A DNA stretch of 64,000 nucleotides. Source: Nitrospirota bacterium. Its GTDB lineage: Bacteria; Nitrospirota; UBA9217. This document shows, piece by piece, positions 8,854 to 17,069 of this stretch (within the stretch, counting starts at the first letter, position 1; each line of letters opens with the position of its first letter). The translations under genes were made by a program, and so were the position numbers. Location of the stretch: assembly GCA_963790205.1 (NCBI GenBank), contig CAWBNQ010000003.1:864001-928000 (forward strand). The letters run 5' to 3'. The notes under the pieces are model-generated. The model worked only from the letters and a program-made list of their open reading frames with translations, made no database searches and was not told the DNA's origin.

Positions 8854-10071
8854 GTGCTGATCGTTCAGAAATACGGCGGTACGTCGGTGGGAAACCCGGA
8901 GCGGATCAAGAACGTGGCAAAGCGTGTCGTCCGCACCAAGGAAGAGGGCCATGATGTTGTGGTGGTCCTCTCGGCCATGAGCGGCGAGACGGACAAACTG
9001 ATCAACCTTGCCAACCAAGTGAGTGAGAACCCGGATCCCCGTGAAATGGACATGCTGGTGTCCACGGGCGAGCGCGTGACCATCGCTCTTCTGGCCATGG
9101 CGATCCAGTCGCTCGGCCACAAGGCGCAGTCGTTTACCGGAAGGCAGGCGGGGATCGTCTCGGACAGCGTGCATACCAAGGCGCGGATAGAAAAGATCTC
9201 CGGTGAGCGGGTCAAACAGGCGATCAGGGAAGGGAAGATCGCCGTGGTCGCAGGATTCCAGGGCATCAACGAGCAGTCCGATGTAACGACGCTGGGCCGC
9301 GGAGGATCGGACCTTTCCGCCGTAGCAGTTGCGGCTGCGCTCAAGGCGGACCTCTGCGACATCTATACGGACGTGGACGGCGTGTATACGACGGACCCGA
9401 ACATGGTGCCGCAGGCCAGAAAACTCGACAAGATTTCCTATGACGAGATGCTTGAGCTGGCGAGCCTCGGGGCCAAGGTGCTCCAGACACGCTCTGTCGA
9501 GTTCGCTAAAAAATATAATGTTCCGGTAAGGGTACTCTCGAGTTTCAACGATAACCCGGGGACCCTCGTGACCAAGGAGGATCCTGATATGGAAAAAGTG
9601 GTGGTGTCCGGCGTGGCGTACGACAAGAACCAGGTAAAAGTGACGGTAACGGGCGTGCCGGACAAACCCGGCGTGGCAGCGAAAATATTCAACGAAATCT
9701 CGAACAACAATATCATCGTCGATATGATCATCCAGAACATCGGCGAGGGCGGGCTTACGGACATGTCCTTCACCGTGCCGAAGACGGATTCCAAAAAAAT
9801 CATGGAACTCATGAAGAAGGTCGTTGCCGAGATCGGCGCCAAGGGCGTTGCCGTGAAGGAAGATATAGCCAAGATATCGATCGTCGGCGTGGGTATGCGG
9901 TCCCACTCGGGCGTCGCCGCCAAGATGTTCTCCGCCATGGCCAAAGAGGGGATCAATATCATGATGATCAGCACGTCGGAGATCAAGATCTCCGTCGTGA
10001 TCGATGCCAAGTACACCGAACTCGCCGTCCGGGTGCTTCACGAAACCTTTGAGATGGACAAGGCCGCCTGA
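8854..10071 (+). CDS. lysC: Aspartate kinase
   Basis: [24 protein letters not shown], two ACT domains, STSEIKIS. Confidence 0.96.
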   Translation: MLIVQKYGGTSVGNPERIKNVAKRVVRTKEEGHDVVVVLSAMSGETDKLINLANQVSENPDPREMDMLVSTGERVTIALLAMAIQSLGHKAQSFTGRQAGIVSDSVHTKARIEKISGERVKQAIREGKIAVVAGFQGINEQSDVTTLGRGGSDLSAVAVAAALKADLCDIYTDVDGVYTTDPNMVPQARKLDKISYDEMLELASLGAKVLQTRSVEFAKKYNVPVRVLSSFNDNPGTLVTKEDPDMEKVVVSGVAYDKNQVKVTVTGVPDKPGVAAKIFNEISNNNIIVDMIIQNIGEGGLTDMSFTVPKTDSKKIMELMKKVVAEIGAKGVAVKEDIAKISIVGVGMRSHSGVAAKMFSAMAKEGINIMMISTSEIKISVVIDAKYTELAVRVLHETFEMDKAA

Positions 10072-10152
10072 TTGCGGATTGTAGATTGCGAATTGCCGAA
10101 TAAAGACCTCTATTGATCGAAGCTTTTTAATCCGCATTCCGCAATTCGCAAT
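10071..10152. repeat. Inverted heptamer-array element (ATTGCGG / TCCGCAA type)
   Basis: attgcgg attgtag attgcga attgccg ... atccgca ttccgca attcgca. Confidence 0.85.
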
Positions 10153-10192
10153 GAGGATATTTGAAAAAGCGAATGATATTTCACAATACGAT

Positions 10193-11833
10193 ATGAAACC
10201 AAGCGTACAGCTCTACGATACCACGCTCCGCGACGGGGCGCAGGCCGAGGACGTGAACTTCTCGGTAGAGGACATGGTGCGCGTGGCCAGGAAACTTGAC
10301 CAGTTCGGGGTGCACTATATCGAAGGCGGATGGCCCGGATCCAACCCACGGGATGTGGAGTTTTTCAAGGAGATGCGTCGTGTCAAGCTGACGCGGGCCA
10401 AGCTCGTTGCCTTCGGGGCCACCCGGCGGGCCCGGCTCAAGGCACAGGAAGACCCCAGCCTGAAGGCCCTCGTTGCGTCCGGTGTCTCCGCGGCGACCAT
10501 CTTCGGCAAATCATGGGACCTCCATGTGCACAAGGCGCTCAGGACCACGCTCGACGAGAACCTTCATATGATCGCCGAATCGGTGGCGTTCCTGAAGAAG
10601 CATCTGGACAAAGTGTTTTATGACGCTGAGCACTTTTTCGACGGCTTTAAGGCGAATCCCGATTACGCAATCAAAAGCCTCCTGGCTGCGGAGCAGGCCG
10701 GGGCGGACTGCCTGGTGCTCTGCGATACGAACGGCGGCACATTGACGGCCGATCTCGAAAAGATTATCGCGATCGTCAAGCAGGGGATCAATGCGCCCTT
10801 CGGCATCCATGCCCATAACGATGCCGAGGTTGCGGTGGCAAATTCCCTTGCCGCCATCAGGCTGGGGGCGGTCCAAGTCCACGGGACGATCAACGGCTAT
10901 GGAGAGCGGTGCGGGAATGCCAACCTGTGTTCCATCATCCCGGCGCTTAAGCTTAAGATGGGGATGGACTGCATATCCGGAGCGAACCTCGCGAAGCTCC
11001 GGGATGTCTCCCGCTACGTCGATGAACTGGCAAACCTGCCCCATCGCAAGCGTCAGCCCTACATCGGCGACAGCGCCTTTGCGCACAAGGCAGGCGTTCA
11101 TGTCGATGCCGTGGCAAAGAGCCCGCTCACGTACGAGCACATCATTCCGGACCAGGTTGGGAACAAGAGGCGGATCCTCGTGTCCGACATGGCCGGGAAG
11201 AGCAACATCCTCCAGAAGGCCGCGGAACTGGGCATCCAACTTTCGAAGGACAGCCCGGAACTCGGCGCGATCCTCCGGAAGGTGAAGGAACTGGAGAACG
11301 AGGGCTACGAATTCGAAGGTGCCGAAGGGTCGCTCGAGCTCCTCATGCTGCGCGCAGGACACAATTACGAGTCTGTTTTTACCATGTTCGACCGCATCGA
11401 CTACCGTATCCTGACGGAAAAGCGGAAGGTCGACCCGCATCCCGTGAGCGAAGCGACCGTGACCGTCGAGGTGGGCGGGAAGGTGGAGCACACCGCTGCC
11501 TGGGGCAACGGGCCGGTGAACGCCCTGGACAAGGCGCTCCGCACGGTGCTGCCGAAATATTTCCCGGGCAGGGGCCTGGAGAACGTACGGCTGCTCGACT
11601 ATAAGGTGCGGGTGCTGACCGCTGCCGAGGGCACGGCCGCCCGGGTGCGGGTGCTCATCGAGTCCGGGGACGGCAAGAACAAATGGGGCACTGTCGGCGT
11701 GTCGGAAAACGTGATCGAGGCGAGCTGGCAAGCGCTCGTGGACAGCATCGAATACAAGCTTTTACGAACAGCGAAACAAACTTCAAAAAGAAAGCGGGTT
11801 CAGCCGCAAAGTCACAAAGCCACGAAGAAATAA
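10193..11833 (+). CDS. cimA: Citramalate synthase
   Basis: YDTTLRDGAQ, IEGGWPGSNP, DAEHFFDG, HAHND, GERCGN, AFAHKAG; LeuA-type regulatory domain. Confidence 0.9.
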   Translation: MKPSVQLYDTTLRDGAQAEDVNFSVEDMVRVARKLDQFGVHYIEGGWPGSNPRDVEFFKEMRRVKLTRAKLVAFGATRRARLKAQEDPSLKALVASGVSAATIFGKSWDLHVHKALRTTLDENLHMIAESVAFLKKHLDKVFYDAEHFFDGFKANPDYAIKSLLAAEQAGADCLVLCDTNGGTLTADLEKIIAIVKQGINAPFGIHAHNDAEVAVANSLAAIRLGAVQVHGTINGYGERCGNANLCSIIPALKLKMGMDCISGANLAKLRDVSRYVDELANLPHRKRQPYIGDSAFAHKAGVHVDAVAKSPLTYEHIIPDQVGNKRRILVSDMAGKSNILQKAAELGIQLSKDSPELGAILRKVKELENEGYEFEGAEGSLELLMLRAGHNYESVFTMFDRIDYRILTEKRKVDPHPVSEATVTVEVGGKVEHTAAWGNGPVNALDKALRTVLPKYFPGRGLENVRLLDYKVRVLTAAEGTAARVRVLIESGDGKNKWGTVGVSENVIEASWQALVDSIEYKLLRTAKQTSKRKRVQPQSHKATKK

Positions 11834-11875
11834 AAGGTTCGTTTTTAACTTAGTGTCTCGGCGTTTTTGCGGCTA
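11801..11875. repeat. Inverted octamer element overlapping cimA 3' end
   Basis: agccgcaa agtcacaa agccacga ... ttagtgtc tcggcgtt tttgcggct. Confidence 0.7.
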
Positions 11876-11891
11876 GGCTTGAGGTATTACC

Positions 11892-12320
11892 ATGATCGAA
11901 GAAGAAGGCATCGTTGCTGAAGTGGAAGGCGACCTCGCCAAAGTTGCGATTCTGACGAAGAGCGCCTGCGAGAAGTGCGCCGCGTCGGGGGTCTGCCATC
12001 CCGGCGACCAGGAGTTCATGGAGGCCGTAAATCCGCTCGGCGCAAAAAAAGGGCAAAAAGTCAAAGTGGTCGTTGCCCCTCAGCTCTACCTCAAGGCTTC
12101 CCTCATACTCTACGGCTTCCCCATGGCGGCGTTCATCAGCGGGGCCATCATTGCCAAGAACCTGGCCGTGAAATACGGGTCTGAAGCGAATTCCGACCTC
12201 TGGGCCTTTTTCGCGGGAGCGGCGTGCCTGCTGGTTTCTTTTATCTTCATACGAGCGTATAATAAAAAGGTCGAAAAGACCCAGACGTACAAACCGAGGA
12301 TCGTCGAGATACTTTCCTGA
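11892..12320 (+). CDS. RseC/MucC-family membrane protein
   Basis: MIEEEGIV, SACEKCAASGVC, two TM helices after LYGFP. Confidence 0.85.
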   Translation: MIEEEGIVAEVEGDLAKVAILTKSACEKCAASGVCHPGDQEFMEAVNPLGAKKGQKVKVVVAPQLYLKASLILYGFPMAAFISGAIIAKNLAVKYGSEANSDLWAFFAGAACLLVSFIFIRAYNKKVEKTQTYKPRIVEILS

Positions 12321-12353
12321 GGAAGTCCACATTCAAGATAGGGCAGTGCATTT

Positions 12354-12620
12354 ATGAGACTTATTAAAACTCCCGATGAGGCAAAGAGGCTCGCCCGTAC
12401 CATTCTCTCTGATATTTTGCTGTACAATCAGGCAAAAGTCAAAGAGGGAATAGAGAAAGACAGCCTTTTCCAGGTTCTGACTGAAGAGCTCGCCGAAGGG
12501 AAAAAATACTACGAGAGCATGGTGGACCAGGAGGTTCGTCAGGCGACCAATTTTTTCAACGAGGCGGTCGTCGACGTGCTGCTGAAACAGGGGGGGAAGA
12601 TAAAGTCCGAGATATGGTAG
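12354..12620 (+). CDS. Conserved hypothetical protein
   Basis: 88 aa ORF with host-like codon use; AKRLARTILSDILLYN motif. Confidence 0.7.
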   Translation: MRLIKTPDEAKRLARTILSDILLYNQAKVKEGIEKDSLFQVLTEELAEGKKYYESMVDQEVRQATNFFNEAVVDVLLKQGGKIKSEIW

Positions 12621-12668
12621 TCCCGTTCATAAGATAAACTAAAAAATATCAGCGAAAAGGAGCGTCTT

Positions 12669-14786
12669 ATGAAAAATACCGATATCAGGGAAATACGCAA
12701 CATCGCCATCCTGTCGCACGGCGCCGCGGGCAAGACGTCGCTTGCCGACGCCATGCTCTTCGCCGGGGGCGCGGTCGATCTTCAGGGCAGCGTCGACAAC
12801 AACACGTCGGTGTTCATGCACGAGCCCGAGGAGATCGCCAGAAAAATCACCATTACTGCGGCATTGGGCTTCGTCGACTGGAAGGGCGTGCGCATCAACA
12901 TTATCGACACTCCCGGCTATATCAACTTCCTCGAGGAAACCAAGGGTACGCTCCGCGCTGCTGACGGCGCTATCGTTATCGTGTCCGCGCTCTCCGGCGT
13001 CAAAGCCGAGACCGAGAAGATCTACAAATTCGCCTGCGACTACGAGATCCCCCGCATCGCCTTCGTGAGCAAACTCGACAAGGAGCGCGCCGATTTTTTC
13101 CGCGCCGTGGGCGACATGGAGAAATATTTCTGCAAAGGCTCCCTCATTCTTCAACTCCCCATCGGCCGCGAAGAGAATTTTATGGGCGTCATCGATCTGA
13201 TCAGGATGAAGGCGCTCTTCTTTGCCAAGGACGACAGCGGCAAGGTGGAGGAAAAAGAGATCCCCGGCACCATGAAGCAGGACGCCGCCGACTACCGGAA
13301 AAAACTGGTTGAACAGATCGCCGAGACGGAAGACAGTCTGCTCGAAAAATATCTGGAAAAGGGCGACCTCTCGCAAGAGGACCTGATCGCCGGGCTCAAG
13401 CACGGCACCCTGGGCGGCGGGCTCTTGCCGGTCCTGTGCGGCTCACCGGTCAGGAACATGGGCATACAGCAGCTCATGGATGCCGTGGTCATGTGCCTTC
13501 CGTCACCGGCTGAACGCGCCGGAATCGTGGCGATCAAAGGGAAGGACCCGAAAACCGACCAGGAGATCGCGCGCAAACCGAATCCCGATGAACCTCTCGC
13601 CGCGCTCGTTTTCAAGACCGTCATCGATCCCTTTGCCGGCAAGCTTTCCCTGGTACGGGTTTTTTCCGGTACGCTTAAGTCGGATTCCGCTGTTTATAAT
13701 TCGACGAAGCAGATAAAAGAAAAGATCGGGTCCTTGTTTCATGTCCAGGGGAAAAAGCAGGTTTCAGCGCAAGCGCTTTCCGCGGGACAGATCGGCGCCG
13801 TGGCCAAGCTCAAGGAAACATTGACCGGTGACACCCTCTGCGCCGAGGCCCAGCCGATCGTGCTCGATTTTGCGCATTTCATCGATCCGGTGATGTCTTT
13901 TGCCATCGAGCCGAAGTCACGGGGAGACGAAGACAAGGTAAGTTCGGGTCTCCACAAGCTTCTCGACGAAGACCCCACGCTCAGCTTTGCCTTTGACGAC
14001 CAGACCAAGGAAATGATCCTCTCGGGCATGGGCCAGGTGCATCTCGAGGTGACGCTCGAAAAGCTTAAGCGGAAATTCGGCGTTGACGTGAAGATGAAGA
14101 CCCCGAAGGTCCCTTACAAGGAAACCATCAGGACCAAAGCGAGCGCACAGGGCAAGTACAAAAAGCAGACCGGCGGCCACGGCCAGTACGGCGACGCGTG
14201 GCTCGAGATCGAGCCGCTGCCCCGCGGGAGCGGGTTCGAGTTCGTCGACCGGATCGTGGGCGGCGTGGTTCCCCGGCAGTATATACCGGCAGTTGAAAAG
14301 GGCGTGGCCGAGGCCATGCATGAAGGCGTGCTTGCGGGATATCCCATCGTGGACGTCAGGGTCGCGCTCTACGACGGCTCCTATCACACGGTGGATTCGT
14401 CCGAGATGGCGTTCAAAGTTGCCGCGTCCATGGCCTTCAAGAAAGCCATGGAAGCGGCCAAACCCGTCCTTCTCGAGCCCATTATGAGCGTCGAGGTGAT
14501 CGCGCCCGACGATACCCTGGGCGCCGTGATCGGAGACCTGAACTCGCGGCGCGGCAAAGTACAGGGAGTGGTCCCGCAGGCGAACGGGCAGACGATAAAA
14601 GCCATGGTCCCGATGTCCGAAATGCTTACCTACGCTCCCACGCTCAACTCTCTGACGAGCGGCAGGGGAATGTACTCCATGGAATACTTCGGCTATGAAG
14701 ACGTCCCGAGCCATCTGGCGCAAAAGATCATCCAGGAACGGGCCGCGCAACACGGCCACGCAAACCACAGCCAGAAAGAGAAATAA
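12669..14786 (+). CDS. fusA: Elongation factor G paralog (EF-G2-like)
   Basis: IRNIA, DTPG, KKQTGGHGQY, DGSYH.VDSS, LLEPIM; divergent G1 (SHGAAGKTS) and G4 (SKLD); not in str operon. Confidence 0.92.
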   Translation: MKNTDIREIRNIAILSHGAAGKTSLADAMLFAGGAVDLQGSVDNNTSVFMHEPEEIARKITITAALGFVDWKGVRINIIDTPGYINFLEETKGTLRAADGAIVIVSALSGVKAETEKIYKFACDYEIPRIAFVSKLDKERADFFRAVGDMEKYFCKGSLILQLPIGREENFMGVIDLIRMKALFFAKDDSGKVEEKEIPGTMKQDAADYRKKLVEQIAETEDSLLEKYLEKGDLSQEDLIAGLKHGTLGGGLLPVLCGSPVRNMGIQQLMDAVVMCLPSPAERAGIVAIKGKDPKTDQEIARKPNPDEPLAALVFKTVIDPFAGKLSLVRVFSGTLKSDSAVYNSTKQIKEKIGSLFHVQGKKQVSAQALSAGQIGAVAKLKETLTGDTLCAEAQPIVLDFAHFIDPVMSFAIEPKSRGDEDKVSSGLHKLLDEDPTLSFAFDDQTKEMILSGMGQVHLEVTLEKLKRKFGVDVKMKTPKVPYKETIRTKASAQGKYKKQTGGHGQYGDAWLEIEPLPRGSGFEFVDRIVGGVVPRQYIPAVEKGVAEAMHEGVLAGYPIVDVRVALYDGSYHTVDSSEMAFKVAASMAFKKAMEAAKPVLLEPIMSVEVIAPDDTLGAVIGDLNSRRGKVQGVVPQANGQTIKAMVPMSEMLTYAPTLNSLTSGRGMYSMEYFGYEDVPSHLAQKIIQERAAQHGHANHSQKEK

Positions 14787-16042
14787 TGTACAGAAAAGAC
14801 ACCCTCTCGAACGGCATACGGGTCGTGTCCGAAACCCTCCCGAAATCACGCTCCGTATCCATCGGCGTGTGGGTCAAGGTGGGCTCCCGGCATGAGCCGC
14901 CGGAGATCGGCGGCATATCACACTTCATCGAACATCTTTTTTTCAAAGGCACGCAGAAAAGGACCGCCAAGGACATCGCCATCGAGATGGATTCCATCGG
15001 CGGCGAGATGAATGCCTTCACTTCCCAGGAAACGACCACCTATTACGCAAAGGTGGTGGATGAGCACCTGCCCGTGGCCATCGATATCCTCTCCGATATT
15101 CTCCTCGGTTCCAAGTTCGATCCCGTGGAGATGGAGAAGGAGCGAAAGGTCATTCTTGAAGAGATCAAGGGGGTGGAAGATACGCCCGACGACTATATCC
15201 ACGAGCTCTTTACGAGCACGGTGTGGCCCGACAATCCGCTGGGCAGTCCCATCCTCGGGACCAAGGACACCATCAAGTCGCTTAAACACGAGAACATCAT
15301 AGCCTATATCGACAACTACTACAGCCCGAAAGAGATCGTGATCTCCGTGGCCGGCAATTTCGAGCATGCCCGTCTGATCGAGCTCCTGAACATGAGTTTC
15401 GGCAGGCTTTCGAGGACCGGTATTCCCAAAAAAGAGGGGACCCCGGCGTTCACCCGGGCAGTGGCGGTAAAGAAAAAACAGCTCGAACAGGTCCAGCTCT
15501 GCATCGGCTGCAAGGGTTTGAACTATACCCATGAAGACCGCTACGTGATCTCCGCGCTCAACACCGTGCTCGGGAACAGCATGAGCTCCCGTTTGTTCCA
15601 GGAAATTCGCGAGCAGAACGCGCTTGCCTACTCCATTTATTCTTACGTGACGTCTTACCGCGATACAGGACTCCTTACCGTGTATGCGGGAACTGATCCG
15701 TCGAACGCCCTTGAAGTGGCGCGGCTCGTTCTCAAGGAGTTTAAGAAAATAACCGAGGAGGGGATCACGCCCGCGGAAGAAACGAGGGTGAAGAACCAGA
15801 TCAAGGGGAGCCTCGTCCTCTCCCTCGAAAGCAGCAACAGCCACATGAGCCGGATCGCGCGGCAGGAAATGTATTACGGCAAATATGTGTCCATGGACGA
15901 CATCATCAGGGGAGTGGAGAAGGTCACCGCCGAGCAGGTGCAGCGCCTGGCGCAGCAGCTGTTCAGCCGGGAAAATCTTTCCCTGACCATCCTCGGACCG
16001 TTGAGCAGGGCTGATGTGCCGGATTCGGTGCTGGAGGTATAG
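14786..16042 (+). CDS. M16 family zinc peptidase
   Basis: HFIEH inverted HxxEH, NAFT, SSRLFQEIRE. Confidence 0.92.
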   Translation: MYRKDTLSNGIRVVSETLPKSRSVSIGVWVKVGSRHEPPEIGGISHFIEHLFFKGTQKRTAKDIAIEMDSIGGEMNAFTSQETTTYYAKVVDEHLPVAIDILSDILLGSKFDPVEMEKERKVILEEIKGVEDTPDDYIHELFTSTVWPDNPLGSPILGTKDTIKSLKHENIIAYIDNYYSPKEIVISVAGNFEHARLIELLNMSFGRLSRTGIPKKEGTPAFTRAVAVKKKQLEQVQLCIGCKGLNYTHEDRYVISALNTVLGNSMSSRLFQEIREQNALAYSIYSYVTSYRDTGLLTVYAGTDPSNALEVARLVLKEFKKITEEGITPAEETRVKNQIKGSLVLSLESSNSHMSRIARQEMYYGKYVSMDDIIRGVEKVTAEQVQRLAQQLFSRENLSLTILGPLSRADVPDSVLEV

Positions 16043-16049
16043 ATAATAA

Positions 16050-16085
16050 AGTCAGGAGTCTCTAGTCAGGAGTCAAGAGCCAGAA
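16050..16085 (+). repeat. Left heptamer array flanking four-helix-bundle gene
   Basis: agtcagg agtctct agtcagg agtcaag agccaga. Confidence 0.9.
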
Positions 16086-16096
16086 GATAAGAAAAA

Positions 16097-16487
16097 ATGG
16101 AAAAGGCGCAGATCAAAACATGTAGAGATTTGATCGTTTGGCGGAAGGCTCATGTACTTGCTAGAAAGGTTTTAGCGATAAGCAGAAACTTTCCAAAAAC
16201 TGAGGAAGCAAAAATCATTAGAACCCAACTTATCAAATCATCAACATCGGTCCCGGCGAATATAGCCGAGGGTTTTGGGGAGAATAAATAAAGGAAAGGT
16301 ATTTCAAAATTGTCTGACAATAGCCAGACGGGAGGCGGGTGAAACCGACTACTGGCTGTTGTTGAGCTTGGAGGAAGGATTTATTGAAGATAAAAGCATA
16401 CAGGAAGATACGGAAGGCGGCTATCGGGATGTCATCGCAATGTTATCCTCTTTAATTTCAAAAATGTCGAAGTTTTCCAACTCCTGA
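16097..16487 (+). pseudogene. Four-helix-bundle protein (23S rRNA IVS-protein / TIGR02436-like), frameshifted
   Basis: RDLIVWRKA...FPKTE...SSTSVPANIAEGFG then, in another frame, KVFQNCLTIARREAGETDYWL; break near 16277-16291. Confidence 0.85.
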
Positions 16488-16510
16488 CTTTTGACTCTTG
16501 ACTCCTGACT
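16480..16510 (-). repeat. Right heptamer array (reverse complement of left array)
   Basis: actcctg acttttg actcttg actcctg act. Confidence 0.9.
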
Positions 16511-16511
16511 T

Positions 16512-16964
16512 ATGAGTGATCACCTCGTTGTTCACATAACGCAGCTCAGGAATTCCAGCGGGCTCCCGATCCCTCACTATCAAACCGAACATTCCGCAGG
16601 CGTTGACCTCTACGCGGCAGTGGAAACCCAGGCGGTCATTGATGCGGGAACGTGGAAGCTCGTACCGACCGGGATTGCCATTGCCATCCCCGAGGGGTAT
16701 GAGGGGCAGGTGCGGCCCCGGAGCGGACTGGCGCTCAAGCACGGCATCGGCATGCTGAACGCGCCTGGCACCATTGACGCGGACTACCGCGGCGAGGTCA
16801 GCATAATCCTGTTCAATTTCAGCGATACGCCGTTTACGATCCATCGAGGAGATCGTATTGCGCAGCTTGTGTTTGCAAAGCTTGAAAAGGCGCGGTTCGA
16901 GATAGTCGATAACCTGTCCGCAACGGCGCGGGGCACAGGGGGGTTCGGGCATACGGGAAAGTAG
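16512..16964 (+). CDS. dut: dUTPase
   Basis: SAGVDL, RPRSGLA, PGTIDADYRGE, DRIAQ, RGTGGFGHTG. Confidence 0.97.
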   Translation: MSDHLVVHITQLRNSSGLPIPHYQTEHSAGVDLYAAVETQAVIDAGTWKLVPTGIAIAIPEGYEGQVRPRSGLALKHGIGMLNAPGTIDADYRGEVSIILFNFSDTPFTIHRGDRIAQLVFAKLEKARFEIVDNLSATARGTGGFGHTGK

Positions 16965-16993
16965 CATGTTCTCATTTCATCGCTGTATATTCG

Positions 16994-17022
16994 TTGACAG
17001 CTATGTTTACCTGTGGTAGAAA
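16994..17022 (+). promoter_or_regulatory. Possible sigma70 promoter for transglutaminase-fold gene
   Basis: TTGACA-N17-TAGAAA. Confidence 0.45.
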
Positions 17023-17069
17023 ACATAAGCTTGTTCATTCTTTCAATCAAACTGATTGGAGATCCAACT

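Noticed and set aside
5242..11731. Long minus-strand ORFs (5242..6639, 8830..10137, 10511..11731)
   Set aside because: Opposite well-supported genes; typical stop-poor antisense frames in GC-rich DNA, with no motifs
16097..16487. Diversity-generating retroelement (Avd-like gene)
   Set aside because: No reverse transcriptase or template/variable repeat pair seen in the window
3669..16510. Short repeats as CRISPR arrays
   Set aside because: Units are 7-9 nt and degenerate, with no unique spacers, and no cas genes are present
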